A DNA stretch of 64,000 bases, taken from positions 64,001-128,000 of the forward strand of contig CAVURN010000005.1 in NCBI GenBank assembly GCA_963743915.1, read 5' to 3'. Below the pieces are notes generated by a model, which was given only the letters and a program-made list of their open reading frames with translations, made no database searches and was not told the origin of the DNA. The position numbers were made by a program, and so were the translations under genes. Each line of letters begins with the position of its first letter. Positions within the stretch are counted from its first letter, which is position 1. The stretch comes from an uncultured Actinomycetota bacterium (GTDB lineage: Bacteria > Actinomycetota > Actinomycetes > JAHEKZ01). Below are positions 7,787-17,921 of the stretch, piece by piece.

Positions 7787-9139
7787 TCAGAGCCGAGGTA
7801 TGACGTCAGACCAGAGAAGGACATCGCTGGAGGCGTTCGTGTCGTTCTCGACCAGGTCGCTCGCGTACGAGTGGAAGGCCACGTGCTCGCCATCGCCACT
7901 CATGGCAACGCCACCGCCGAACGCACTTGCGACGTTTCCCGGGCCATTCGGGCCTCGTGACACCAACACTGCGGTTCCGCCGACCTCAACTCGGAACGCG
8001 TCGGACACCTCATTGCCGTCGCGGCGGACGAGGTTGGTCGCCTCTGACGCGAACGCTACGTACCTACCGTCACGCGACAGTGTCGGTGCCCAGCTGTCAC
8101 CATGCGCATCGCGACCACCGACTCCCTGGGAGACGCCTGTCAGGTCGCCTGATGACAGGTCAACGACCGCCACGTCATAGAGCGCATAGCGCGGATCTGG
8201 GTCGATGCCGTCACTCCGGGATGCGAATGCCGCGACGTGTCCATTCGCGGAAATGGCGGGCGCTCCGTCACTGGTGCCACCGGGCAGGATCTTCTCCGAC
8301 CAAAGCAGTGTCGAGCCCGCCTTCGAGAGTTCACGGACGAAGAATCCACCCGGCGCCTTTGGATGACGCCCTGCCCGGCCCCACGTGAACCCGACCGTGC
8401 GGCCGTCAGCCGATATCCCACCGAGTCCGACCGCTCCTACGAAGTCCTCACCGTTGCGCTTGACCGAAACCAGCCTGGTGCTGCCGGTCGCGACGTTGTG
8501 GACGTAGACATCCTGCTGCTTCCACGTCTCTACGTCCTTCGGGTCATGGTCGTGAGCACTGAGCCGAGCCGACGTCAAGAACGCCACCCTGCTGCCGTCA
8601 GCAGAGATCACTGCCGCGTCACTGTCGCGATTTCGCTGAGTTCCGTCGGTCGCCCGCGAGACCAGGGTCAGGTCCTCCGTCACCATGTCCAGAACGAAGA
8701 CGTCGTACTTGTCACCGTTGGTGTCGTCGGACGACAGCTCTGGCGAAGCCGAAAGGAAGGCCACGTATCGCCCGTTCCTCGATACGGTCGCGCCGCTTCC
8801 GCCAACGGCAACGCCATCAGCCTCGCTGACCAGTTGAGCGGTGCCCTCCAAGGTGTCGCGCAGGAAGACGTCCTCGAGCCCATTGGTGTCGGTCGCGTCC
8901 AGCTGATTCCTCGACTGGAACACGACGAACCTGCCGTGATGCGAGACCACCGGACGGGCCGCTGGCAGTCGACTGGCCACTCCGGGTGGGTCGCCGGCGT
9001 CGCCGGCTGAGATCAGGGTGAGCGACCCCGCAGCCAAGCCCGCCGAGCGTTCACCGGCTACGGACGTGCTCAGCGGGAGCGAGCCGGCCATAACGATGAC
9101 CGAGAGACATGTGAAGAGGGTGCGGTGAAGTCTGCGCAC
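7787..9139 (-). CDS. secreted TolB/PD40-like beta-propeller protein
   Basis: signal peptide; repeated (I/L)SxDGRYVAFxS and DTNGxxDVF blades. Confidence 0.8.
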   Translation of the reverse strand: MRRLHRTLFTCLSVIVMAGSLPLSTSVAGERSAGLAAGSLTLISAGDAGDPPGVASRLPAARPVVSHHGRFVVFQSRNQLDATDTNGLEDVFLRDTLEGTAQLVSEADGVAVGGSGATVSRNGRYVAFLSASPELSSDDTNGDKYDVFVLDMVTEDLTLVSRATDGTQRNRDSDAAVISADGSRVAFLTSARLSAHDHDPKDVETWKQQDVYVHNVATGSTRLVSVKRNGEDFVGAVGLGGISADGRTVGFTWGRAGRHPKAPGGFFVRELSKAGSTLLWSEKILPGGTSDGAPAISANGHVAAFASRSDGIDPDPRYALYDVAVVDLSSGDLTGVSQGVGGRDAHGDSWAPTLSRDGRYVAFASEATNLVRRDGNEVSDAFRVEVGGTAVLVSRGPNGPGNVASAFGGGVAMSGDGEHVAFHSYASDLVENDTNASSDVLLWSDVIPRL

Positions 9140-9310
9140 TGACGCTCCATCCTGGATCGAAAGGGATCTAGCGGTGAAGCGGACCTGCTTTGCGAGCGTA
9201 CCTGGAGGGTCAAAGCGGCCCGTCTACCGCCAGCCCCAAGGGAGAGGCTGGATCCAGATACCCGCCCCTGTTTCCCCAGTAGCCGCACGGGGGTGGACCC
9301 GGGCAGTCGT

Positions 9311-10300
9311 CTAGTCGCCACCTGAGACGGTGATGACGACCTTGCCCCTTGGATGGCCATCGATCAGGTAGCGCAAGGCGTCAGGGGTCTCCGAGAGTTC
9401 GAAGACGCGGTCGATCACCGGCTTCACATCACCGGATTCGATCATCGCGGCAAGGGTCGCGAGGTCGGCGCTGTGCACCTTGCCGTCGACTTTGATCAGC
9501 CGCTGCGGGACCAACGGTGAGACCAGTGCTCCCCGGATCGCAACGGTGCCCGGCCCGAAGAGGCCGCCGTGCTGTGAGCCACCGACGGCGGCGAGCGTCC
9601 CTTGTTTGGTCAGCGTCCTGCGAAGCGCCCTCAGTGAGTGTGTGCCGCCGACGTTCACGATGAGGTCGTACTTCCGTCCGGCATCGACTGCCGCACTGGT
9701 CGTGTAGTCGATGACCTCGACCGCACCCAGGGACCGCACCAGATCCACGGCCTCGGTTCGACACACCCCCGTGACAACACCACCCAGTGCCCGCGCGATC
9801 TGCACGGCGAACGTTCCCACACCACCGGATGCCCCAATGACGAGCACCGTCTGCCCGGCCTCCAGGCCATCGCCCGCCCGGACGCCCGCAAGCGCCGTGA
9901 CGCCGGCCATGGGGACCGCCGCAGCCTCTTCGAACGACAAGCCCTTCGGCATGTGGCCAACCTGATCCGCCGAGACGGTGATCACCTCGGCGCACCCGCC
10001 CCGCATCATCGTCTCGGCATAGACCAGGTCTCCTGGTGAGAACCGCGTCACCTGATCACCCACGGCATCGACAACCCCGGCCACATCCGAACCGATGATC
10101 ATCTGCTGACGCGGCCTGCGGAGACCGACGGCCAGGCGGGCCAAGAAGGGATCGGCGAGCATGATGTGCCAGTCGGCCGCATTGAGTGAGCTGGCGCGCA
10201 CCCGGATGGCGATCTCGTCGGGCCCTGGTCGAGGGCTCTCGATGTCCTCGAAGCTGAGGTTCCGGGGTGGTCCGTACTCGCGGTACACCCAAGCCTTCAT
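9311..10300 (-). CDS. NAD(P)-dependent MDR-family oxidoreductase (quinone reductase-like)
   Basis: MKAWVYREYG, SLNAADW, GSDVAG, GASGGVG, GHPRGKVVI. Confidence 0.9.
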   Translation of the reverse strand: MKAWVYREYGPPRNLSFEDIESPRPGPDEIAIRVRASSLNAADWHIMLADPFLARLAVGLRRPRQQMIIGSDVAGVVDAVGDQVTRFSPGDLVYAETMMRGGCAEVITVSADQVGHMPKGLSFEEAAAVPMAGVTALAGVRAGDGLEAGQTVLVIGASGGVGTFAVQIARALGGVVTGVCRTEAVDLVRSLGAVEVIDYTTSAAVDAGRKYDLIVNVGGTHSLRALRRTLTKQGTLAAVGGSQHGGLFGPGTVAIRGALVSPLVPQRLIKVDGKVHSADLATLAAMIESGDVKPVIDRVFELSETPDALRYLIDGHPRGKVVITVSGGD

Positions 10301-10467
10301 CGTGTTCCTTCCTGGACGGCGCACCGAGAGTCACGAGTGTAGGGGTGGCGGTGCAGCGCTTCGCCTCTGATGGTCCGGGTCCTTTGACCCCTCATCACAC
10401 GGCCCTTGGCCACTTCTGCGTGTGACGGATTCCCGACAGGGTGGAGGCAACGCGGAGGACGGCAGCC

Positions 10468-12282
10468 ATGAACCCTTCAGTCTCCAGCACACGCCCAGAC
10501 CTCGATCGTCGTCAGTTCCTCACCATGGTCGGAGGTGTCGCGGCGGGTCTCCTGGTCCCAGTGAACCGGCTGACCCTGCCTGCGCTCCAGGGCGCGTCCC
10601 TCGCGGGGACGGTGCCCCAGAGGCTGGCCATGCATGTCCATGGCAGCTGGTCCGAGGGGTTGGCCAGCTGGCACGCCCAGTTCGCACAGGCCGCCGCGAA
10701 CGCCGTCGACGTGCTGTACCTCACCGACCACGACGGCCGCGCGACTGCCTACCGCTACCTGCCATCGCTGTCGGGCGTGACCTGGGTGCGCAGCACCACT
10801 GGCTCTCTGGCCCGACAGGCCTCGACGACGAGCGGCGGCGGCTTCCGGCTGCTCGCCGAGAGCGGGTCGAGTACCTCTGCCGCGACAGTGACGCTTGCCC
10901 TGCAGGGAAAGCCCCTGGCGTTCAACCGCCTGCGCACGAGCATCGCCGGCCACTCGTTGCGCCACTCCGTCAGCTCGTCGTCGCTGACGGGTGGGGCCAC
11001 CTACGAGGTCATCGTCAGCCTGTCCTACCGCCCCGCGACCGGAGGTCGTCCCGCGGGCAACTACGAGCTCCGCTACCGCTTCGGCTCTGCCGGGTCCGGA
11101 CGCTTCACGGAGAACAACGGCCTCAGAGGCGTCGTGACTCTGCCCGTCCAAGCCTCAGGCACCATGGTCACTCTGAGACCGGACGTCGACGTCGCAGCGA
11201 TCTGGCCGGACATGGTGGCGATGGACAACGGCTTCTACGGCCTCGCCTTCTCCGCGAGGAGCCCCGCACGTGGTGCCGTCGCGGACATCAGCGTCTCCAG
11301 CGTCCAGATCGTGCGCTCCCAGAGCGATCCGGCAAGCGTCGCCGCCAACCAGCAACAGCTCATCGCCTCCTACTCCGCTCGATTCCCCACCGTCACGGCC
11401 AGGGCGACCACGGAGGTGAGCCGTCACCTGCCGGACATGAACCCGTTCGGCGTCCCCCAGTTCTTCTCCGACTACGCGCTGGACACCGCGTCGAACCATG
11501 ACGCCTTCTACCGCGACATCGTCCGCGACGTCCAGGTGCAAGGCGGTGTCTTCTCCTGGAACCACCCGTTCGGCTACAACGGCGGACCATTGCTCGGCAG
11601 TGCCGAACGCATCACCAAACGACGGGACGTGTACCGCAAGCTCGCGGCGGTGGATGTCTACGGCGCCGACATCCTCGAGGTCGGCTACAGCGTCCGCGGC
11701 AACGTCGATGCGGCCACCCACCTGGCACTGTGGGACACGTTCTCGCGCAACGGACGCTTCCTGACGGGCAACGGGACGAGCGACGACCACGGGGGCAAGT
11801 CGTGGAAGGGCCTGGGCAACGGGTTCCTCACCGCCACCTGGGGTGCCTCCAAGGCGGACCAGGACGTCGTCGCAGCGCTGCGATCCGGACGCACCTTCCT
11901 GTACCACTGCGGACGCTGGCCCAACGCCGAGCTCGACCTGCTGGTGGACGACGTGCCCATGGGCATGGCGTCGGTGAGCAGCGTGGGATCGCGCACGCTG
12001 ACGGTGTACGCCGGCACCCTTCCGACGGGCGGGCGGGTCGAGATCGTCCAGGGGCCGGCTGACTGGTCGGGTGCCGTCGATCCCGATGTCTCGGTGGTCC
12101 GACAGCTCAACGCGTCCGCATTCGTCGACGGTCGGGCAACAGTGAACCTGGACACGACGGAGTCCAGCTTCGTGCGCGCCACGGTCCGTCGGAGCGACGG
12201 GACCATCGTCGGTGCAGGCAACCCCGTGTGGCTCCTGCGCTCGGCGCCTCCCGGCGGGATCCCCGCACCGCGAGCGGCGTAG
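10468..12282 (+). CDS. Tat-exported PHP-domain metallohydrolase (CehA/McbA-like)
   Basis: DRRQFL Tat motif; HVHGSWS, LTDHD, WNHPF, GTSDDHG. Confidence 0.7.
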   Translation: MNPSVSSTRPDLDRRQFLTMVGGVAAGLLVPVNRLTLPALQGASLAGTVPQRLAMHVHGSWSEGLASWHAQFAQAAANAVDVLYLTDHDGRATAYRYLPSLSGVTWVRSTTGSLARQASTTSGGGFRLLAESGSSTSAATVTLALQGKPLAFNRLRTSIAGHSLRHSVSSSSLTGGATYEVIVSLSYRPATGGRPAGNYELRYRFGSAGSGRFTENNGLRGVVTLPVQASGTMVTLRPDVDVAAIWPDMVAMDNGFYGLAFSARSPARGAVADISVSSVQIVRSQSDPASVAANQQQLIASYSARFPTVTARATTEVSRHLPDMNPFGVPQFFSDYALDTASNHDAFYRDIVRDVQVQGGVFSWNHPFGYNGGPLLGSAERITKRRDVYRKLAAVDVYGADILEVGYSVRGNVDAATHLALWDTFSRNGRFLTGNGTSDDHGGKSWKGLGNGFLTATWGASKADQDVVAALRSGRTFLYHCGRWPNAELDLLVDDVPMGMASVSSVGSRTLTVYAGTLPTGGRVEIVQGPADWSGAVDPDVSVVRQLNASAFVDGRATVNLDTTESSFVRATVRRSDGTIVGAGNPVWLLRSAPPGGIPAPRAA

Positions 12283-12287
12283 GGCCG

Positions 12288-13013
12288 TCAGGGACGCAGG
12301 GCGCGACGCGCCAGACGGGCTGCACCCTTGCCCTTGGCGACCACCAGCTCATCGATGACGCCGCGGAACTGGTCGCTCCTCGACCGCGATGCCTTGTTCG
12401 CCACCGTCAACGCGGAGCCGCTCGACACCAAGCCGGTGCGCCCCCGCTTCGAGGTGCGCTGACCATCGACGACGAGGACCACCTTGCCCGGTCGACGGAT
12501 GCAGATGACGCGGTGCCAGCGACGATCGGCTGCGATCCCGCTGACCCGCGACGTGACCATCACGGTGCCGGCACGTCCTTTGACGCGGCACTGCACGCGA
12601 CCGCCGTCCCGGCCCAGCAGCTGCACCTTCCACTGACCTCGGCTGCCGAACTGGCCCTTCTGGACGAGGTTCGGAGTGTCGGTTCCACTGAAGGCGTAGC
12701 TCCCATCCGGTATTCGAAAGGCAACGGCGACCGCAAAGCGTCTCCTGCCGGGGTCCAGACTGCCGTGATCACCGCCCCGGGCCACGGACGTGCGGTCGAA
12801 CCGGACAGCCGCCGATCCCCTCCGGCCCTCCGCCCGCGCCCAGCTGCCCGAGAGGCGGAGTGGATGGTTCTGCGAAGAGAGGTCCGCCACCTGGCCGGAG
12901 CGCACACCGAAGCCCCACCGTCCGACCACTCCCTGCGCCTCGGCCTCCGCCGGAGGGCCCGTCAGCAGGGAGACCGCCAGTCCCAGCGACACACCGAGGA
13001 TGAGTCCCCTCAC
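12288..13013 (-). CDS. secreted LamG/concanavalin A-like jelly-roll protein
   Basis: signal peptide; NLVQKG, DRRWHRV, LVVDG, FRGVIDEL. Confidence 0.75.
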   Translation of the reverse strand: MRGLILGVSLGLAVSLLTGPPAEAEAQGVVGRWGFGVRSGQVADLSSQNHPLRLSGSWARAEGRRGSAAVRFDRTSVARGGDHGSLDPGRRRFAVAVAFRIPDGSYAFSGTDTPNLVQKGQFGSRGQWKVQLLGRDGGRVQCRVKGRAGTVMVTSRVSGIAADRRWHRVICIRRPGKVVLVVDGQRTSKRGRTGLVSSGSALTVANKASRSRSDQFRGVIDELVVAKGKGAARLARRALRP

Positions 13014-13219
13014 CTGCCCGCCCTCCGCGCGCCTGACTGCGCGAGGGCTCGCCGCAGCTCAGCCTCTGAATCGAAGCGGATCTGCTCTGCGTCCAGCAGG
13101 GCAGTCACGAAGGTGTCGCATGCCCCGCTTCTCTGCGCGGTCCGCACCAGTTCCTTCTTGGTGGCAGGAAACGAAACCTGGTCGAGGAGGCCTCCGGGCG
13201 CTGGCTGTTGAAAGGTCAT
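13010..13219 (-). CDS. DUF2795-like small protein
   Basis: VSFPATKKELVRTAQRSGA motif; RBS GGAGG. Confidence 0.7.
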   Translation of the reverse strand: MTFQQPAPGGLLDQVSFPATKKELVRTAQRSGACDTFVTALLDAEQIRFDSEAELRRALAQSGARRAGR

Positions 13220-13229
13220 GAACTACCTC

Positions 13230-13256
13230 CTACCCAGAGTGACTGACGCCCAATCC
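13230..13256 (-). promoter_or_regulatory. putative SigF/SigB-type promoter
   Basis: GGATT-N16-GGGTAG upstream of the DUF2795 gene; -10 box overlaps the RBS, so ambiguous. Confidence 0.3.
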
Positions 13257-13335
13257 GTGGGGCACGGTGTTCTTTCGCGTGGCTTACGCTGGCCAGATGG
13301 AGCTCGCCTTCCCGACGGTCACCGCGGTGCCCTGA

Positions 13336-15021
13336 ATGGACAATGCCCGTGCCGCTCTCGCGCTCGAGGCTGCCCACGCCGGCACCTGGAAGTGGACGAT
13401 CCGCACTGGAGAGCTGGAGTGGGACGCCTCGCTCGAGCGGGTGTTCGGACTCGAGCCGGGTACTTTTCCGGGAACCTTCGATGCGTACATCGGCCTTCTC
13501 CACCCCGACGACCGCGAGCCCACCCTGCGGACCATCCAGCAGGCTCTGGCCGAGAAGGTCGACCACTACGTAGAGCACCGAATCCTCTCCAGTGACGGAT
13601 CTGTGCGCTGGATCAGTGGACGCGGGCGGGTCGTCCTCGACGAGTCCGGCGAACCCAAAGGAATGGTGGGCATCGGTGAGGACATCACCGCCCAACGACT
13701 CGCGGAGGAAAGGCTCCGCTTCCTGGCCCATGCGGGCGACCTGCTCGGCAGCTCGCTCGAGCTGAGCACCACTCTCCAACAGCTCTGCGACCTGGCGATT
13801 GAGGCGCTCGCGGACTGGTGCACTGTCGACCTCATCGACGAAGACGGGGTGCAGCTGGTTGCTGTCGCGCACCGCGACCCTGCCCGGGTGGCCTGGGCGC
13901 GCGAGCTCAGGGAGCGGTTCGGCGTCGACATGGACTCCGACGTGGGACTCGCCTCGGTGCTGAAGACCGGGGTTCCGTACGTGCTCAAGAGCATCGACAG
14001 CAACTGGCTACGGCAGGCCCTGGAACAGCTCCCCGACATCACTGAGGAGGAGATTGAGCGGTTCATGTCGCTTGACCTCCGCTCATCCATGACAGTGCCT
14101 CTCAAGTCGGCCAAGGGTGAGGTCCTCGGGGCCATCGGATTGGTGTCCGCGGAAGGAGGTCGCTACTACACCGACGACGACGTGACTCTCGCGTTGGAAA
14201 TCGCTCGCCGCGCCGCCACCGCAGTGGAGAACGCGCAACTTTTCGCCCGCACGCAAGACACGTCTCAGACGCTGCAGCGGAGCCTCATGCCACCGGAGCT
14301 TCCCGCTCTGCCTTTCGCCGATGTCGCGGTCTGTTTCGCCCCCTTCGGCGGACAGAACGACCTCATCGGGGGTGACTTCTACGACCTGTTGGATCTCGGG
14401 GACAACACGTGGGGCGTCATTCTGGGTGATGTTGCGGGCAAGGGGGTGGCAGCTGCCGCATTGGCCTCGGCAACCCGCTGGTCGTTCCGTTCCATCGTCA
14501 GGCGTGACGCTGACCCTGCACGCGTGCTGGAGGAGCTGAACGCCACGCTGGTGACCCAGGACTGGGAGGACCGCTTCGTCACCGCCGTGGTGGCCGTCGT
14601 CCGCCGACAGGCCAGTGGCAGCCTCACGATTGACGTCTCGGTCGGTGGTCATCCAAGTCCGATTCTCAGGCGGGCCAATGGTGACACCCACCCGTTGACG
14701 GTGCAGGGGAGTCTGCTGGGTGCATTCCCGGACGGAACTTGGGAGACGAGCACGGTTGTGCTCGAGCCTGGGGATGCCCTTCTGCTCTACTCGGACGGAC
14801 TCACCGAGACGGCCGCGTCCGACGGCATGCTGTTCGGTGAGGAGGGCGTGGTGGCGGCATTGGCGAGCGGTGATTGCGCGGGCACCACCAGTGCAGACGT
14901 ACTGGTGAAGCACCTTCGATCCGCCGCGACCGACTTCGGACACCAACGCGACGACATGGCGATGCTGGTTCTCACCTGTGCCCCTGGGGCAACTGCGCCC
15001 AACTGGGTCGACGGCTCCTAG
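13336..15021 (+). CDS. PAS-GAF-SpoIIE (PP2C) phosphatase
   Basis: LHPDDR PAS_3, ADWCTVD GAF, GGDFYD, GDVAGKG, LLLYSDGLTE, DDMAML. Confidence 0.9.
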   Translation: MDNARAALALEAAHAGTWKWTIRTGELEWDASLERVFGLEPGTFPGTFDAYIGLLHPDDREPTLRTIQQALAEKVDHYVEHRILSSDGSVRWISGRGRVVLDESGEPKGMVGIGEDITAQRLAEERLRFLAHAGDLLGSSLELSTTLQQLCDLAIEALADWCTVDLIDEDGVQLVAVAHRDPARVAWARELRERFGVDMDSDVGLASVLKTGVPYVLKSIDSNWLRQALEQLPDITEEEIERFMSLDLRSSMTVPLKSAKGEVLGAIGLVSAEGGRYYTDDDVTLALEIARRAATAVENAQLFARTQDTSQTLQRSLMPPELPALPFADVAVCFAPFGGQNDLIGGDFYDLLDLGDNTWGVILGDVAGKGVAAAALASATRWSFRSIVRRDADPARVLEELNATLVTQDWEDRFVTAVVAVVRRQASGSLTIDVSVGGHPSPILRRANGDTHPLTVQGSLLGAFPDGTWETSTVVLEPGDALLLYSDGLTETAASDGMLFGEEGVVAALASGDCAGTTSADVLVKHLRSAATDFGHQRDDMAMLVLTCAPGATAPNWVDGS

Positions 15022-15569
15022 CGCGGTGGATCTTCACCAACTCGGCCGTCGATGGACTCGCGAAGGAGATCGGCGTGACCGGTGTGCCGCGAGTACTCCT
15101 CGATGACGTCGACGATCCAGCGTCGGAGATTGGGCGAGTTCCCCGCGTCATCGGTGATGCCAGTGACCGGTTGGTCCAGCCCTCCATCCGCCAGCCGCTC
15201 TCGGAGCACCGCCCGAGAACGATCGGTGGCACCGAGCCAGAGTGCGTACAACCGCTCAGGGGTGTCGGTTGACGCCGAGTGCCACTCCCAGTCCGGATCC
15301 GCATCCCAGTCGCCCTCGCGCCACACCGGGTCACCGACGTCGTCACCGAGCGTCTGCGAAAACTTGTTGTCCTCGACGAGTGCCAGGTGCTTGAGCAGCC
15401 CTCCCAGCGTCATTGACGACGCGCCGACCGTGGACTGCAGCTGTGCCGCGTCCAGACCCCAGGCCTTCCACGCGAAGGTGCCGCGCATCCGGTCCAGTGA
15501 CCCGAGCAGGGCGGCCGCCTCGTCGCCGGCGAGTGGGGGTTCGATGTCGTGCCACGGTTCCCTGGTCAT
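15018..15569 (-). CDS. DinB/DUF664 family protein (mycothiol S-transferase-like)
   Basis: SMTLGGLLKHLALVE, IEEYSRHTGHADLLRESIDG. Confidence 0.85.
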   Translation of the reverse strand: MTREPWHDIEPPLAGDEAAALLGSLDRMRGTFAWKAWGLDAAQLQSTVGASSMTLGGLLKHLALVEDNKFSQTLGDDVGDPVWREGDWDADPDWEWHSASTDTPERLYALWLGATDRSRAVLRERLADGGLDQPVTGITDDAGNSPNLRRWIVDVIEEYSRHTGHADLLRESIDGRVGEDPPR

Positions 15570-15635
15570 GTGGGCAGGCTACCGGCGCCGTCGAGAGGTC
15601 AACCTCGGCTGATCGGCTGGCACACTCGGTTCACC

Positions 15636-17009
15636 ATGAGCAGCGCCCAGGAGCTTGCCGACGCCACACCGGCCGACCGCGACCGCTACGTCGACCTGCT
15701 GCGCGTCGTCGCGTTGGCCGTGGTCATGCTCGGCCACTTCTTCATGGTCGCCGTCGTGGTCGAGCCGGACGGCGCGGTCGAGGTGACCAACGCGCTTGCC
15801 GAGATCCCCTGGGCGCAGTGGCTCACCTGGGTGCTGCAGGTCATGCCGGTGTTCTTCGCCGTGGGTGGCTTCTCGCACGCAGTCGGGTGGGCATCGGTCG
15901 AACGACACGGTGGCAGCTATGCCGACTTCATGGCGGCACGTGTCGAACGGCTTCTGCGGCCGACGCTGGTGTTCATTGCGATCGGCGCGACGCTCGGTGT
16001 GGTGGTCGAGGCGTCCGGAAATCTGTCGGCAACCGCCACGATGATCCTGCGTGTGATCCCACAGCCCTTGTGGTTCATCGGCATCTACCTGGCGGTCGTC
16101 CTGCTGGCACCGCCGATGCTACGCGCGCACCGACGGTGGGGACTGCGGGTGCTCGTCGTGCTGTTCGCGGCGACCGCGGCTGTCGACGTCGCACGCCTCG
16201 CGCTCGACGCTCCCGAGGTGGTCGGCTATCTCAACTTCGCCTTCGTCTGGCTGGCCGTGCACCAGTGCGGCTTCTTCTATGCCGACGGGGTCGCCGACAG
16301 GGGAGGACGCCGGCTTGCCGCCGCGCTCGCAGTCGGCGGACTCGCAGCCACCACGGGGCTCGTGCTGCTGGGCCCGTACCCGGTGTCGATGGTCACGCTG
16401 CCGGGTGACGAGGTGTCGAACATGACTCCGCCGTCGCTGGCGCTGCTGACGCTGTCAGTGTGGCTCATGGGTCTGGCGCTGCTGTTGCGCCCTCTGGCGA
16501 CTCGACGCCTGCAGTCAGCCCGCACCTGGACCGTCGTCGTCGCCGCCAACGGCGTCGTCATGACAGCGTTCCTGTGGCACCTGTCGGCGATCATCGCCGT
16601 CGACGGCGCCCTGGTGCTGGCGGGCGCACCCATGTTCCCCATGGTGGGCTCGGCAGAGTGGTGGTTGCTCCGCATCCCGTTCCTGGTGCTGACCGCAGCG
16701 GTGCTGGCGGGCCTCGTCGGCGCGTTCCGGCGCTTCGAGCGTCCCCGTCGCTGGGTCATCCCCGCGGTGGCGCATCGGCGTCGGCACCGGGACGGTGGCG
16801 CCACCATCGGCGCGTGCCTGGCGCTGGTCGGCATCCTCGGCCTCTCTGTCGCCGGGTTCGCCGGCGTCCTGAGTCTGCGCACCGCGACCCTGGTCGTAGT
16901 TCCCATGGCGTCGCTGCCTTCGGTCGCCCTCGTGGCTGTCGGCTACTGGCTCACCGTGAGGTCGGCGCGCGCAACCACGGTCGCCCGAGACCCGCAACGC
17001 GCGCCGTAG
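15636..17009 (+). CDS. acyltransferase family 3 membrane protein
   Basis: RDRYVDLLR, VMLGH, QVMPVFFAVGG, LWFIGIY, SNMTPP; multi-TM. Confidence 0.85.
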   Translation: MSSAQELADATPADRDRYVDLLRVVALAVVMLGHFFMVAVVVEPDGAVEVTNALAEIPWAQWLTWVLQVMPVFFAVGGFSHAVGWASVERHGGSYADFMAARVERLLRPTLVFIAIGATLGVVVEASGNLSATATMILRVIPQPLWFIGIYLAVVLLAPPMLRAHRRWGLRVLVVLFAATAAVDVARLALDAPEVVGYLNFAFVWLAVHQCGFFYADGVADRGGRRLAAALAVGGLAATTGLVLLGPYPVSMVTLPGDEVSNMTPPSLALLTLSVWLMGLALLLRPLATRRLQSARTWTVVVAANGVVMTAFLWHLSAIIAVDGALVLAGAPMFPMVGSAEWWLLRIPFLVLTAAVLAGLVGAFRRFERPRRWVIPAVAHRRRHRDGGATIGACLALVGILGLSVAGFAGVLSLRTATLVVVPMASLPSVALVAVGYWLTVRSARATTVARDPQRAP

Positions 17010-17054
17010 GGTGGCTCGAGACCAGCGATCCACCGTCCCGGAGGCACCCATCAC

Positions 17055-17873
17055 GTGACCGAGCAGCTGTTCGACGCCGTGGACGCGGCGATCCGTGACG
17101 CGGCAGCGCGCGCCGTCCTGCCCCGGTGGCGGTTGCTGGAGGACGGTGCTGTCAGCGAGAAGGCTCCGGGCGAGTGGGTCACGGATGCCGACCATGAGGC
17201 GGAGCAGCTGCTCACCGACGCACTCCACACCCTGGAGCCTGGTGTGCCGGTCGTGGGCGAAGAGGCTGCGGCTCAAGACCCGTCCATCGTCGCCGCGGCC
17301 GCCGAGCACGAACGCGTGTGGCTGCTCGACCCGCTCGACGGCACGCGTTCGTTCATCGCCGGCAGCCCTGACTTCGCCACGATGGTCGCGCTGGTCGAGA
17401 ACGGCGTGACCACGGCGGCGTGGGTGTGGCAGCCGGTGCACGCGCACATGTACGTCGCGGTGCGCGGAGGTGGGCTCACCTGTGACGGGGAGCCATTGAC
17501 CCGCCCCACGGATCTCGCCGTCGGCAACCCGCTCCGCGGAGTCCAGCGGACCAGCCTGATGCCGGGACCCCTGCGGCATGCGGTCGAGCCTGCCTTCGCG
17601 TCCGCGGGACTTCCGGCGGCGGACGTCCTCGCCGCCGGTGTGGCGTACCCGCAGCTCTGTGAGGGGCTTCTCGACTACGCCCTCTATTGGCGGACGCTGC
17701 CGTGGGACCACGCTCCCGGCGAGCTCTTCGCGCACGAGGCGGGCCTGATCTGTCGCCGGCTCGACGGCAGCACCTACCGGCCGTGTGACGGTCGACGCGG
17801 GCTGCTGACGGCGGCGACACCGCAGGTGTGGGACGACGTGCGGGCTCTGCTGCCGGCCAACCCCGAGCGCTGA
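17055..17873 (+). CDS. inositol monophosphatase family protein
   Basis: VTDAD, VGEE, WLLDPLDGT, PWDHAPG. Confidence 0.9.
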   Translation: MTEQLFDAVDAAIRDAAARAVLPRWRLLEDGAVSEKAPGEWVTDADHEAEQLLTDALHTLEPGVPVVGEEAAAQDPSIVAAAAEHERVWLLDPLDGTRSFIAGSPDFATMVALVENGVTTAAWVWQPVHAHMYVAVRGGGLTCDGEPLTRPTDLAVGNPLRGVQRTSLMPGPLRHAVEPAFASAGLPAADVLAAGVAYPQLCEGLLDYALYWRTLPWDHAPGELFAHEAGLICRRLDGSTYRPCDGRRGLLTAATPQVWDDVRALLPANPER

Positions 17874-17885
17874 GCTCCGGAGGGC

Positions 17886-17911
17886 TCAAGTTCGGGTCGA
17901 GAGCTGCCGAA
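17886..17911 (+). promoter_or_regulatory. putative sigma28 (FliA/WhiG)-like promoter
   Basis: TCAAG-N15-GCCGAA, 10 nt before GTG 17922. Confidence 0.55.
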
Positions 17912-17921
17912 CTACACCAGT

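Noticed and set aside
9140-9310. Structured RNA or riboswitch upstream of the beta-propeller gene
   Set aside because: Only short GC-rich stems; no recognisable riboswitch consensus
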